64,000 nucleotides of DNA from an uncultured Alphaproteobacteria bacterium (GTDB lineage Bacteria > Bacteroidota > Ignavibacteria > OLB7): assembly GCA_964455525.1 (NCBI GenBank), contig CAYVWR010000006.1, positions 261,388 through 325,387 on the forward strand. Direction: 5' to 3'. Positions 28,757 to 39,460 of the stretch are shown one piece after another (the first letter of the stretch is position 1; every line of letters begins with the position of its first letter). The notes under the pieces are model-generated. The model made no database searches. It saw only the letters and a list, made by a program, of their open reading frames with translations, and had not been told where the DNA came from. The translations under genes were made by a program, and so were the position numbers.

Positions 28757-30073
28757 TTAAAATTCCTCGAAGAATTTTTTCATGCGTGCGACAATCGATT
28801 TCTTTTCTTCCGAATCTTCCCCATCGGAGACACCATCGGGCGCAGCTCCTTCCCCCACGGAAACCACCGGAGCCTCATTTCTATGAAACGCGTCGATCAC
28901 CAACCCCACCGCAGTGGCATAGATCGGGCTTTCCACCTCCGGCGCCAGCGCCGACCCACCGAAACCGGCCGGGATGCCGATTTTCACTGGAAGCCCCAGT
29001 ACCGTCTGCGCAAGCTCGCTGGCCCCACGAAGAAGTGCGCCGCCACCGGTCAGCACCACTCCGGCAGAGAGACGCCGCAGATATCCCGACTTTTTTAATT
29101 CTATCATCGCAAACTCCAGGATCTCCTCCATACGCGGCTGTATGATCTGGCAGAGTGTGCGCTTCGAGATCTCCATCGGCTTGCGGCCGCCGATGCCGGG
29201 GATCATGAACACCTCATCGTTCAGGATCAACGATTCCAGCGTGCAGCCATATTCGCGCTTAATACGCTCGGCCTGCTCGCCGATGATGCCAAGCCCACGA
29301 CGGATATCATCGGTCACCATCCGTCCGGCGATGCCGACAACGGCGGTGTGGCGGATCGTCTTATCCTCGAAGATTGCGATATCGGTAGTGCCGCCGCCGA
29401 TATCAATCAGTGCCACCCCCACCTCCTTCTCCTCGTCATCGAGCACCGAGTACCCGCTTGCAAGCGGCTCAAGGATGATATCGGCAACGCTAAGGCCGGC
29501 ACGCTCCACACAGCGATAGATATTCTGCGTCGCCGTCACCAGCCCGGTGACGATGTGCACATTGGCCTCCATTCTGAGTCCTGACATGCCCACCGGATCG
29601 AAGATGCCATCCTGCCCATCAATGATATATTCCTGTGGGATCACATGAAGGATCTGGCGATCGGAAGGCATGGCCACCCGCTTTGAGTCGTCGAGCAGGC
29701 GATTGACATCGCGCTGGGTTACCACCCGGTCGGCTGTGGAGATCGTGACCACGCCCCGGCTTGGGAACGACTGGATATGATCGCCAGCGATGCCGACCGC
29801 CACCGTCTCGATGGTAATGCCCGACTGCTGCTGTGCCTGTTCAACGGCACGCTGGATCGAGCGCACGGTCTTCTCGATATTCACCACCACCCCACGATTC
29901 AATCCCTCCGAGGGGGCATGGCCAATACCAAGAACATGAATGCCCCCGGGGCCATCTTCATCGCGAGCAGCAACGATCGCACAGACCTTGCTCGTGCCGA
30001 TATCAAGCCCGACGAGAATCTGCTGCCCATCCGAGGAGGGGGAGGCAGGAGCCTGCTGCTGTCCCTTGTTCAT
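28757..30073 (-). CDS. ftsA: Cell division protein FtsA
   Basis: Actin-fold motifs ILVGLDIGTSKV and DIGGGTTD. Start placed at the internal ATG (residue 23 of the ORF), MNKGQQ.... Confidence 0.93.
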   Translation of the reverse strand: MNKGQQQAPASPSSDGQQILVGLDIGTSKVCAIVAARDEDGPGGIHVLGIGHAPSEGLNRGVVVNIEKTVRSIQRAVEQAQQQSGITIETVAVGIAGDHIQSFPSRGVVTISTADRVVTQRDVNRLLDDSKRVAMPSDRQILHVIPQEYIIDGQDGIFDPVGMSGLRMEANVHIVTGLVTATQNIYRCVERAGLSVADIILEPLASGYSVLDDEEKEVGVALIDIGGGTTDIAIFEDKTIRHTAVVGIAGRMVTDDIRRGLGIIGEQAERIKREYGCTLESLILNDEVFMIPGIGGRKPMEISKRTLCQIIQPRMEEILEFAMIELKKSGYLRRLSAGVVLTGGGALLRGASELAQTVLGLPVKIGIPAGFGGSALAPEVESPIYATAVGLVIDAFHRNEAPVVSVGEGAAPDGVSDGEDSEEKKSIVARMKKFFEEF

Positions 30074-30202
30074 CAGTTGATCCTTGTCTGAAATCAGTGA
30101 TTCATAGTTGACTGCCTGAACGGCATACCAGAAGTACATCCGGCAGGGCTTCGATGAGAGGCCGCCCTGCTTCGGCTGTATACGGTCATAACCCTACGTC
30201 TT

Positions 30203-31099
30203 TCATGCGTCTCCGCCGGTCGGCTGATCGCTCCGCCAGCGCACCACCACCTGTCCCTTCCAGCGAAGATCGATGGAGCCTGCACTGCGTGTTCCCCGTG
30301 CTACCAGCACCGATGTCAGGAACAGATCAAGTTTTCGCAGACGCCCGGCGATCTCGCCTGGCAGTCCTGCACTGACCGGCACGGCACCATCGGCTGTGAC
30401 AAGGATATACTCTCCGCCCGGCTCCCTGCGCACCTCGGAGATCTGCCGGTAGAGGCCATCATCATACCCTCGCAGCAATGCCAGCACCTGAAGAGCTTCG
30501 GCTGTACGGAGGCTATCGAGACGATAATCACGACCGGATTCGCCGCCGCCGGAGGCCGGGCGGGCAGCACTGTCGGCGCGCTCAATGCCTGCGATCACCG
30601 GCAGATCGAACCCGGCGGAACTGAACCGGTAGGGGAGCGCGATCCCGAGCGAATCGAGATAAATGGGAGCGCCCGCGAGAAATGTCACTGCCACCGGCAC
30701 CCGTTCAGCGATCTCCACCACCAGCGTTCCGTTTTCACCCCGATAGATCTCCGCACGAGAGATAAAAGGATGGGACGCAAGCCGTTTCTCGATATCGTGC
30801 AGATCCAGCTTCTGGAATGCAACCGAATCCGGGACCGCAGCCTGGCGCATGATCTCGGCGGAATCAAGGATCGTCCGGCCGATAATCCGTATCTGCCGCA
30901 TCTCCTCCTTTCTGGCCCATCGGTTGGCGAGCAGGACAAGGCCGACTATCGCACCGATCACAAGAAGGCCGGTGGAGACGTTCGTGGCAAACCGCCGTGC
31001 GTCGTCCCGTTCCAGACGTGTCGGCTTTCGCCGTCTCGGTATAATCTTCTTCTTGACTTTCAAGGGGAGCCTGTCCGTCGCTACTATATCCGTTACCAA
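30203..31099 (-). CDS. ftsQ: Cell division protein FtsQ (POTRA-domain)
   Basis: N-terminal transmembrane segment, POTRA-like region IRIIGRTILDSAEI..., and position between murB and ftsA. Confidence 0.75.
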   Translation of the reverse strand: MVTDIVATDRLPLKVKKKIIPRRRKPTRLERDDARRFATNVSTGLLVIGAIVGLVLLANRWARKEEMRQIRIIGRTILDSAEIMRQAAVPDSVAFQKLDLHDIEKRLASHPFISRAEIYRGENGTLVVEIAERVPVAVTFLAGAPIYLDSLGIALPYRFSSAGFDLPVIAGIERADSAARPASGGGESGRDYRLDSLRTAEALQVLALLRGYDDGLYRQISEVRREPGGEYILVTADGAVPVSAGLPGEIAGRLRKLDLFLTSVLVARGTRSAGSIDLRWKGQVVVRWRSDQPTGGDA

Positions 31100-31180
31100 T
31101 CGCAGAGAGGGGGAAGGTTATGTGCCGTTGCGCCCGGCTCCAAAGAGCTATCGCCGGTACTCCTGGCAACAGCGGCTGAC

Positions 31181-32113
31181 CTACAGGGTCTGCTCCTGCT
31201 GAATCTTTTCAAAGCCGACCAATTTTATCTCCAGTTCCAGCTCGACATCAAACTTCTTTTTCACCTCATCGCGGGCGATGCCTATCAGCGCCAGCACATC
31301 TTCTGCGGTTGCACCACCACGATTGATGATAAAGTTTGCGTGCAGCTCGCTTATCTCGGCATTGCCAGCGCTGCGCCCTTTCAAGCCGCACTCCTGGATC
31401 AATCGTGCCGCATACAAGCCGGGAGGATTTTTAAAGATGCTCCCGGCATTCGGAAAGCGCACCGGTTGCGAGCTGTTCCGCTTCTGCATCATATCACGAC
31501 GGAAGGACTTCATCTCATCGGCAGCGCCCTCGGGGAACTGGAACGTTGCCTCCAGGATCAGATCGCCATGCAATTTTGAGCTGCGATAGGTAAAGCCCCC
31601 CTCCTCTCTGGCGATGCAAACAAGTTTGCCACCTCGTATAAGCTCCACCGAGAGCATATGGTCGGATATCTCGCCGCCATAGGCACCGGCATTCATAAGC
31701 ACCGCCCCCCCCAGTGTCCCAGGAATCCCCGCAAGCATCTCCGCCCCTTTCTTCCCGTTTCTGATGCAGAAATCGACAAACTGCGCCAGTTTCACCCCCG
31801 CTCCGGCAGTGATAACGCCATCGGGATCGATATCCAGATAATTAAAACCAGCCTCCAGATTCACGACCGCACCACGCACCCCTTCGTCGGACACCAGGAG
31901 ATTGCTCCCATTTCCCATTGGGAAGAATGGGATTTTCTCGCCGCGCAGATACCGTATTAAAGCCAGCGCATCGGCCTTGTCGAGCGGCTCCAGATAAATA
32001 TCGGCCGGGCCACCGATGCGGAACGTCGTATAGTTCGCAAGCGGCTCGGCAAGGGCGATACGGCCTTTGAAGCTCCTGCGGATATCGTCGAGCGCTATCA
32101 TGGATCGGGGCAC
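31181..32113 (-). CDS. murB: UDP-N-acetylenolpyruvoylglucosamine reductase MurB
   Basis: FAD-binding domain TFRIGGPAD..., MurB C-terminal motifs, and dcw context. Confidence 0.9.
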   Translation of the reverse strand: MPRSMIALDDIRRSFKGRIALAEPLANYTTFRIGGPADIYLEPLDKADALALIRYLRGEKIPFFPMGNGSNLLVSDEGVRGAVVNLEAGFNYLDIDPDGVITAGAGVKLAQFVDFCIRNGKKGAEMLAGIPGTLGGAVLMNAGAYGGEISDHMLSVELIRGGKLVCIAREEGGFTYRSSKLHGDLILEATFQFPEGAADEMKSFRRDMMQKRNSSQPVRFPNAGSIFKNPPGLYAARLIQECGLKGRSAGNAEISELHANFIINRGGATAEDVLALIGIARDEVKKKFDVELELEIKLVGFEKIQQEQTL

Positions 32114-32181
32114 AGACTATTCAACATTGCACATCCTGTTTGCTGATATGATTGCGGGCATCTGCCCGCACCTCGGGCCTT

Positions 32182-33585
32182 TCAGATCCGGGCATCTGCC
32201 CCCGCACTTTTTTCGCGGAGCGCATACAGAATTTCGTCTGCATTTCTCCAGATATCCCCGGCACCCATCGTCACCACGATATCACCGGGGCGGATCAGCT
32301 CCAGGGTACGCTCGGCCAGGGTATTTCTCTGCGGCACATAGATCACATTACGGTGCCCATAATCGATTGCGCTTTCAACGATCAACTCGCCGGTAATCCC
32401 CTGGATCGGCCGTTCCCTGGCCGCATAGACATCGGTTACCAGCACCAGATCGGCATTGAAGAACGACTTGCCGAACTCCTCATGGAAATCGCGTGTGCGG
32501 CTATAGGTATGCGGCTGAAACAGAGCCACGATCCTTCGCCGCCAGCCGCTCCGTATTGCATCAAGCGTTGCCTTCACCTCGGTGGGATGATGTGCATAAT
32601 CATCGATCACCATCACATCGGCCGCCTCGCCCTTGATCTCGAAACGGCGATAGACGCCGGTGAACTTCGCAAGGGCACGAACTATCGACTCGAACGGCAC
32701 GCCAACCTCCAGGCCAACCGTGATTGCGGCCAGAGCATTCTTCACGTTATGTTCTCCGGGAGCCCCCACGATAATCTCACCAAGCGGCTCGCCGTGGCGA
32801 AGCACGGTAAATCGCGAATTCCCCTCGGAGAAGCTGAGGTCGATTGCACGCACATCACACTGCGGTGTGGAGCCATAGCTCACCACCCGTTTTTTCAGAT
32901 GCGGCCGGATATCCACCAGCGACGACTCATCCAGGCAGAGCGCCACAAAGCCATAAAAGGGGGCCTTGTTGGCAAACTCGATAAACGCCCGTTTGATATC
33001 GTCGATATCGGAATAGATATCGAGATGCTCCCGCTCCAGATTGGTTATCACCGCGATCGTAGGAGAGAGCGTCAGGAAGGAACGATCGAACTCATCGGCC
33101 TCCACAACGGTCCACTCGCCATGTCCAAGCCGGGCATTTGCGCCGCCGAGGCCGGAGAGCCGCCCACCGACGATCACCGTAGGATCGATCCCCCCCTCAA
33201 TCAGCACCAGGCCGATCATCGAGGTGGTTGTGGTCTTGCCGTGGGTTCCGGCCACCGCGATACCGTACTTCATACGGGTGACCTCGGCCAGCATCTCCGC
33301 ACGCCGGATGATCGGGATCTTCCGGCGCAAGGCCTCCACGGTCTCCGGATTATCTTCCGGGCAAACAGCGCTGGAATAGACCACGACCTCGGCACCGGCC
33401 ACATTCTCCGCTGCATGGCCGATCATGATTCGTGCGCCGAGCGATTCGAGCCGCTCGGTAGTGTCGCTTCTGGAGAGATCGCTCCCGGTAACCGAGAAGC
33501 CCTGATCGAGCAGGATCTCAGCGATTCCCGACATGCCGATGCCGCCGATGCCGACGAAGTGTACGGTCTGTATGCTTCTGAACAA
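32182..33585 (-). CDS. murC: UDP-N-acetylmuramate--L-alanine ligase MurC
   Basis: HFVGIGGIGMSGIAEIL and GTHGKTTTTSMI Mur ligase motifs. Confidence 0.93.
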   Translation of the reverse strand: MFRSIQTVHFVGIGGIGMSGIAEILLDQGFSVTGSDLSRSDTTERLESLGARIMIGHAAENVAGAEVVVYSSAVCPEDNPETVEALRRKIPIIRRAEMLAEVTRMKYGIAVAGTHGKTTTTSMIGLVLIEGGIDPTVIVGGRLSGLGGANARLGHGEWTVVEADEFDRSFLTLSPTIAVITNLEREHLDIYSDIDDIKRAFIEFANKAPFYGFVALCLDESSLVDIRPHLKKRVVSYGSTPQCDVRAIDLSFSEGNSRFTVLRHGEPLGEIIVGAPGEHNVKNALAAITVGLEVGVPFESIVRALAKFTGVYRRFEIKGEAADVMVIDDYAHHPTEVKATLDAIRSGWRRRIVALFQPHTYSRTRDFHEEFGKSFFNADLVLVTDVYAARERPIQGITGELIVESAIDYGHRNVIYVPQRNTLAERTLELIRPGDIVVTMGAGDIWRNADEILYALREKSAGADARI

Positions 33586-33642
33586 GTTCTTGGTAATCGC
33601 TTATCGTGTAATCAGTCTGTGAGCCTGCAACGCTATCTGCGT

Positions 33643-34167
33643 TCAGGAACGCGAGAAGGGCATGCCGGATTCTCCACCTCTGCGGCGCGGGCCCACTCGT
33701 ATCTCGATGCCGTTTGTTTGAGCAAAATCCCGGATCGCCAGCGCCAGATCACGGCTCCGCTCAAAACTGTTAGGACGGAGCCTGAGAAGCCTGCGCCGGT
33801 CGCGGAGTTTGATACGGGCCGTGGGAGATGCCTTCGGCTGGCGCAGCGGACGATCGCGGCGAAAGCCGATCCACTCGATCTCCTCCGGCCGCAGGATGCG
33901 CTGGCGGAACCGGGTACGGAACTGCAACTCGTTCCGGCTAACGATCACGCGACGGCCCGACACCGCCACAACGATCAGCGCCACAAGGGCAAGGATGGCA
34001 AAGAGTGCCAGCAGATAGACGATCGGGTCCTGCCACACCACCGAGAACGTATCACCGATCAGCGTCCCTCGCACTACCGCGTACACCACCAGGGTAACGC
34101 CGTAGCCGATCGTCGCAAGGTAGTAGATGTCGAGCCTGTGCCTGAATGTCTCTTCCTGCATTCTCAT
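33643..34167 (-). CDS. Hypothetical membrane protein inserted between murC and murG
   Basis: Two transmembrane helices followed by an Arg-rich tail. No family recognised. Confidence 0.45.
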   Translation of the reverse strand: MRMQEETFRHRLDIYYLATIGYGVTLVVYAVVRGTLIGDTFSVVWQDPIVYLLALFAILALVALIVVAVSGRRVIVSRNELQFRTRFRQRILRPEEIEWIGFRRDRPLRQPKASPTARIKLRDRRRLLRLRPNSFERSRDLALAIRDFAQTNGIEIRVGPRRRGGESGMPFSRS

Positions 34168-34288
34168 CTGCCTTGGTAGGAGTGCCTACCGGAATGAAGT
34201 GCAACGATTCGATGATCCACCAGTCGGGCTTCGGTAATCACTGTATCGGGGCCTGTCCCATGAATCCTATCCGGGCCGCACGGAGGGA

Positions 34289-35377
34289 TCACCTCCCTCG
34301 TGCTGCAAGCTCCACCACGCTGTGCGCGATAACATCATCGGCGTTCGGGACAGCGAGCATGGCAGCATTGTGCGCCATCGCAGCCAGATCGGCCTTGTGT
34401 GAGAGGAGCATAATCACCATCTGATGAAGCCGTGCATTAAGCTCGGCATCCGGCAACATCCGAGCCGCCCCTGCGCGCTCCATCGCCTCGGCGTTCATCC
34501 GCTGATGATCGTCGGCAGCGTTTGGCAGCGGCACAAGAATCGAGGGCCGCCCTACCACCGCAAGCTCGGCGATCGTCGTGGCACCGGCACGTGCCAGCAC
34601 CAGATCGGCCGCCGCATATCCCTTCTCCATCTCATGGATGAAGGTGGAACGATACAATCCCGGTTCCCGGTGCTCTCCCCCGGCATAGCTGGTCCCGGTC
34701 TGCCAGATCACCTGCACACCTTCTACAAGAAGGCGCTCGACGATTCTATCGAGCGTCGCATTGATCGAGCGTGCACCGAGCGATCCGCCGAAGGCAAAGA
34801 GCGTGGGGCGATCGTGTGAAAGCCCGAAGTGTGCTCGTGCCTCGTTACGATCCTGGGCCTCGGAGAAGACGGCACGAACAGGATTGCCGCTTACAACCAC
34901 CCTGGCACCCCGCAGATGCGAGCGTGCGGCCTCGAACGCCACATGAACTACCGTGGCCCTCGGGGCCAGTTTCCGCACCACCCGACCCGGCAGCGCATTG
35001 GATTCCATCAGCACAAGCGGAATCCCCCGCATCGCCGCCATCATTCCGATCGGATAACTGACATATGCCCCTGCACAGACCACCGCATGCGGCTTGAACC
35101 TGTTCAGCAATCGGAGCGCCTGTGCGAACGAGGTTCCGATCTTTACCGGCAGCAGAAAGGTCTGCAACGACACATCCCGCTGCAATCCGCTGATCCAGAG
35201 ATAGTTGAGCGGATATCCGGCACGCGGAACCACCGTCTCCTCAAGCCGTCCCCGCGTCCCGACAAACTCTATCTCGGCATCCGGGCACAGTTGCCTGCAT
35301 CGCTCGGCAACTGCCAGAGCCGGAAAGATGTGCCCGCCGGTACCTCCGGCGGCAAAAAGAAGCCGTAGGTTCTTCAT
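34289..35377 (-). CDS. murG: UDP-GlcNAc:lipid I GlcNAc transferase MurG
   Basis: GGTGGHIFPALAVAE N-terminal motif and GT28 fold. Confidence 0.92.
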   Translation of the reverse strand: MKNLRLLFAAGGTGGHIFPALAVAERCRQLCPDAEIEFVGTRGRLEETVVPRAGYPLNYLWISGLQRDVSLQTFLLPVKIGTSFAQALRLLNRFKPHAVVCAGAYVSYPIGMMAAMRGIPLVLMESNALPGRVVRKLAPRATVVHVAFEAARSHLRGARVVVSGNPVRAVFSEAQDRNEARAHFGLSHDRPTLFAFGGSLGARSINATLDRIVERLLVEGVQVIWQTGTSYAGGEHREPGLYRSTFIHEMEKGYAAADLVLARAGATTIAELAVVGRPSILVPLPNAADDHQRMNAEAMERAGAARMLPDAELNARLHQMVIMLLSHKADLAAMAHNAAMLAVPNADDVIAHSVVELAARGR

Positions 35378-36576
35378 ACAACAGCTCCTGCCCGGACCAC
35401 AGCCGGTTTTTCCAGCGGCATCACATTCGCATGTTGCGAGATGTTAAGCAACACCCCCACGGCAGCGGCACTGAACAACACCGAGCTGCCACCATAGCTG
35501 ATAAAGGGCATCGGCAGGCCTGTAGTTGGCAGCAGACCTGTTGTCACACAGGCGTTGATCGCCGCATAGGCGCCAAGAACCAGTGTGATGCCGGCCGCAA
35601 CATTTCGCCCAAGATCATCGGGAGCCTGCCGCGCCACCAGAAGCCCACGCCAGATGATGAGACCGAACACTCCAAGGATCACCAGAGCGCCGATAAAGCC
35701 ATATTCCTCGCCGATAATGGCATAGATGAAATCGCCGAACGGCTCCGGCACAAACAGTCGCTGCCTGCTTTGTCCCGGCCCCACGCCAAAGATTCCCCCG
35801 GAACCGAACGCGAGCAATCCCTGGCTGAGCTGATAGTTCGCGGCATTGACCGTATCGGCCTCGCCGGAATGCATGCTCACATAGGAAAGGATACGCCTCA
35901 TCCGATATTCTGCCGAAACGGCATAGGCCGCCGCAACCAGAAGTCCGCCCAGCAGTACCGAACCCAACTGGAAGAGATTCACCCGTCCGATGAACAGCAT
36001 TCCCATCGCCACCATGAAGATCACCAACGCGGTTGAGAGGTTCGGTTGCAGAGCCACCAGCCCACAGGCAAGCATCACCCAGAGCATCATCGGCAGAAAG
36101 CTGAACTTGAGGTCGTTGATATAGGCCCTTTTATCGGCCAGCATCACCCCCAGATGAATGATGAGCGCAAATTTTGCAAACTCCGATGGCTGGAACGAGA
36201 TAGGCCCCAGGCTTAGCCACCGTGTTGCTCCCTTCATTCTTGTCCCCTCGAACAGAACATACAGGAGCATGCCGAGCGCCACCACAAGCATCGGTTTCGA
36301 CCAGCGTTCCAGCCAGTGATAGTCGATGCGCGAGAGCACAAGCATCACCATGATGCCCCCCAGCACACGGATGGCATGGCTCCAGAAGAAGGTCTCGGTC
36401 GATCCTGTCTTCTCATCAGCAAACCCTGCCGAGGCCGAGTAGACAAATGCGATCGAGAAGAACATGATCCCGAGCACGCTCAGCAGGATAAACCAATCGT
36501 TATGCCCCCGCGATCCACCGCTGGTTCCCGATGCGGGCACAAACCCTCGCACTATGTTTCCCAACGGTCCCTTCAT
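35374..36576 (-). CDS. ftsW: Peptidoglycan glycosyltransferase FtsW (SEDS family)
   Basis: Polytopic membrane protein with FtsW/RodA motifs, overlapping murG by 4 nt. Confidence 0.9.
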   Translation of the reverse strand: MKGPLGNIVRGFVPASGTSGGSRGHNDWFILLSVLGIMFFSIAFVYSASAGFADEKTGSTETFFWSHAIRVLGGIMVMLVLSRIDYHWLERWSKPMLVVALGMLLYVLFEGTRMKGATRWLSLGPISFQPSEFAKFALIIHLGVMLADKRAYINDLKFSFLPMMLWVMLACGLVALQPNLSTALVIFMVAMGMLFIGRVNLFQLGSVLLGGLLVAAAYAVSAEYRMRRILSYVSMHSGEADTVNAANYQLSQGLLAFGSGGIFGVGPGQSRQRLFVPEPFGDFIYAIIGEEYGFIGALVILGVFGLIIWRGLLVARQAPDDLGRNVAAGITLVLGAYAAINACVTTGLLPTTGLPMPFISYGGSSVLFSAAAVGVLLNISQHANVMPLEKPAVVRAGAVV

Positions 36577-36582
36577 AACATC

Positions 36583-37977
36583 TTAAGCTTCAGCACTTCG
36601 GGTTTCCGCTACCGATCCAAGCGCGCCGACAAGCTGCTTGAATACATCGCCACGATGCTCGTAGTTCTTGAACATATCGAAGCTGGCACAGGCTGGGGAG
36701 AGGAGCACCACATCCCCCGATTCAGCGAGCGATCTGGCCGTCGCCACAGCGTTCTCCATACTATATCCGGCCCGGTAGACTCTGGTATAGGGACCGAAAG
36801 CGGCATGCATCTCATCGGCTGCATCGCCCACCAACACCACGGCTTTTACATGTTCGGCCACCAGATGAAGCACCGCATCGTAGGAGTTCTTCTTGCTCTT
36901 GCCACCGGCAATCAGCACGATCGGCCGGGTGAAGCTGGAGAGCGCATACCAGAGCGAGTCCACATTGGTTGCCTTGGAATCGTTTATGTAGCCAACGCCC
37001 TCGAACTCACGCACCGCCTCCAGCCGATGGGGAACGCCCGCGAAGCTGGCAAGCCCATCGCGTATCGCCCCGACCGGCACACCCAGCCCCCGCGCCGAGA
37101 GCGCAGCGGCCATCGAGTTGTAGAGGTTGTGAGGCCCCCGAATACCTATCTCTTCAACACGCATGATCGTTTCATCATTGTTCGTGGCATCCGAGCCGCC
37201 ATCGCGAAGTATCAGCATACCATCGCGAACGAATGCCCCGGCCGGAAGCTCCCGGCGAATGCTGAACCCGAGTGCCTGGGCACCAGACCGCTCGGGCAGA
37301 GCAGCCAGATGCTCGTCATCGGCATTATAGAGGAGCAGATCCCCGGCATCCTGGTTCATGGTTATCCGAAATTTGGCTTGACGATACTCATCGAAGCCCG
37401 CATAACGGTCCATATGGTCGGGCGTGATGTTCAGCATCACTGCCACCTGCGGCTTCATGGCCGCGATATGCTCAAGCTGAAACGAGCTCATCTCCAGCAC
37501 AACCACGCTTTGCGGACCTGCCTGGAGTGCTATTTCGCTGAACGGAACGCCAACATTGCCCGCCACAAACGTCTCGATACCGGCGGTACGGAAGATATGC
37601 CCAGCAAGCTCGGTCGTCGTCGTCTTGCCATTGGTCCCGGTAATCGCCACAATCCGCCCTTTGCAGCGGCGCGATGCAACCTCGATCTCCCCTGTTATCG
37701 TCATCCCACGCTCGATGGCCTGCCGGACGATCGGGATGGTATCGGGAACGCCGGGCGAGAGCACAAGCACATCGGCCTCCAGAACCCTCTGGCTATGCCC
37801 ACCGAACTCATAGTGGGCGCCCAGTTCATCCAGCAGATGGATGGCGTCGGCAGCGGACTCAGCCGGACGCAGATCGCTTACAAACACCTCTGCCCCCTCA
37901 TCGCATAACAACCGGGCAACGGCAAGCCCGGAACGGGCAGCCCCAAGGATCGCGTATGTATATGGTATCTGCGACAT
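36583..37977 (-). CDS. murD: UDP-N-acetylmuramoylalanine--D-glutamate ligase MurD
   Basis: Mur ligase motifs GTNGKTTTTEL. Start at the internal ATG (residue 20), MSQIPYTYAILGAARSG. Confidence 0.9.
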   Translation of the reverse strand: MSQIPYTYAILGAARSGLAVARLLCDEGAEVFVSDLRPAESAADAIHLLDELGAHYEFGGHSQRVLEADVLVLSPGVPDTIPIVRQAIERGMTITGEIEVASRRCKGRIVAITGTNGKTTTTELAGHIFRTAGIETFVAGNVGVPFSEIALQAGPQSVVVLEMSSFQLEHIAAMKPQVAVMLNITPDHMDRYAGFDEYRQAKFRITMNQDAGDLLLYNADDEHLAALPERSGAQALGFSIRRELPAGAFVRDGMLILRDGGSDATNNDETIMRVEEIGIRGPHNLYNSMAAALSARGLGVPVGAIRDGLASFAGVPHRLEAVREFEGVGYINDSKATNVDSLWYALSSFTRPIVLIAGGKSKKNSYDAVLHLVAEHVKAVVLVGDAADEMHAAFGPYTRVYRAGYSMENAVATARSLAESGDVVLLSPACASFDMFKNYEHRGDVFKQLVGALGSVAETRSAEA

Positions 37978-38116
37978 GATTACAGGAAGAAACTCAACCA
38001 AGGTCTGGATGACCATTGCCCGGAATGTCCGCAAGAAACTTCGGGCGCCAACCCCGGCGGGATCGTGATAGAGCGTTTGGACACCTGTATCCCCGCCCCT
38101 TTTCCAGACCCATCTG

Positions 38117-39241
38117 TTACCGGATCTTCAATGTGGTAAGGCCCAGGATCGCCAGCAGCACAGCCACTATATAAAAGCGGGTCACGATCTTCGCCTCCGG
38201 CCATCCCTTCAACTCGAAGTGATGATGCAACGGGGTCATCTTGAAGATCCGGCGACCTTCGCCGAAGCGCTTCTTCGTGTACTTGAAGTAGGCAACCTGC
38301 GCCATCACCGAGAGAGATTCGGCGAAGAAGATCCCCCCCATCACAGGGATCATATACTCCTTCTTCACCAGGATCATCAGGGCGCCAACCGCACCACCAA
38401 GCGCAAGCGAACCGGTATCCCCCATGAAAACCTGCGCCGGGTACGCGTTGTACCAGAGGAAGCCAAGACCGGCACCAACCAGAGCGGCGCTAAACACTGC
38501 AAGCTCCTCGCTGCCACGCAGGTGGGGGATGCCGAGATATGTTGCCGCCACCGCATTGCCGGAAACATAGGTGATCACAGCCAGGGTCAAGGCCACAATG
38601 CTCACGGTCCCTATGGCAAGCCCATCCAGCCCATCCGTCAGATTTACCGCGTTCGAGGTTGCCGTGAGAATGAAGATCACAATCGGTATATAGAACACAC
38701 CGAAGTCGAACAGCAGATCCTTGAAGAACGGGACCGTCGTATACGTATTGATGCTGGCAAAGCTGCCAGGGAACCACTCCGGGAAGAAGTAGATGGTCCC
38801 GCCGAGAAGCAGCCCGATAGCAACCTGACCAACGATCTTATAGCGTCCGATAAGCCCTTTTGGCAGTTTTTTCACCACCTTCAGGTAGTCGTCCAGGAAG
38901 CCCACCCCGCCAAGAAAAAGCGTTACGATCGAAACCAGGATCACAAAGGCACTTTTGATATCGCACCAGAGTATCGTGGGAACGATCAGCGAGAGAAGCA
39001 CGATCAGCCCTCCCATCGTGGGCGTGCCGGCCTTTGCCATATGGCTCTTGGGCGCTTCCTTCTTCCCCTGCTCGCCAAGCTGGCGACGCTTAAGCGCTGC
39101 AATGATCCTTGGTCCGAAGACAAAGGCGATAAGAAGCGCCGTAAGTGCCGCACCAGCGGCACGAAAGGTCACAAAACGAAAGAGTCCAGACCCTGGGGGA
39201 TTGAGTGTCGACTCGATGTACTGGGCCAGATAGTAGAGCAT
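38117..39241 (-). CDS. mraY: Phospho-N-acetylmuramoyl-pentapeptide transferase MraY
   Basis: Conserved MraY motifs NAVNLTDGLDGLA and polytopic topology. Confidence 0.95.
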   Translation of the reverse strand: MLYYLAQYIESTLNPPGSGLFRFVTFRAAGAALTALLIAFVFGPRIIAALKRRQLGEQGKKEAPKSHMAKAGTPTMGGLIVLLSLIVPTILWCDIKSAFVILVSIVTLFLGGVGFLDDYLKVVKKLPKGLIGRYKIVGQVAIGLLLGGTIYFFPEWFPGSFASINTYTTVPFFKDLLFDFGVFYIPIVIFILTATSNAVNLTDGLDGLAIGTVSIVALTLAVITYVSGNAVAATYLGIPHLRGSEELAVFSAALVGAGLGFLWYNAYPAQVFMGDTGSLALGGAVGALMILVKKEYMIPVMGGIFFAESLSVMAQVAYFKYTKKRFGEGRRIFKMTPLHHHFELKGWPEAKIVTRFYIVAVLLAILGLTTLKIR

Positions 39242-39460
39242 CTGCTGATTTTCAACGTGAGATATGATTATCGGTTGTCGGTTACGCCATCCACCGTAAC
39301 CGACAACCGTATAATCTCGGGTCCTGGACAGTTCCCTCAGACCTCTCAGTCCTTGGAATATGCTATCGATAGGTCCCCGTCTGCATTTGGTCTATCACCC
39401 CCCTGCTGGCACCCTGCCACCCCGCGCACGTACATCTTTCTCCCCCTGACTCTCCCGGCG

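Noticed and set aside
32152-34179. Long antisense ORFs opposite dcw genes (32152..34179 +, 35431..36036 +, 36316..37908 +, 38219..39562 +, 43552..44115 +, 51576..53009 +, 58163..59026 +)
   Set aside because: These are typical high-GC antisense shadow ORFs. The opposite strand encodes unmistakable Mur/Fts/MalT proteins, and the translations are Arg/Pro/His-rich with no motifs.
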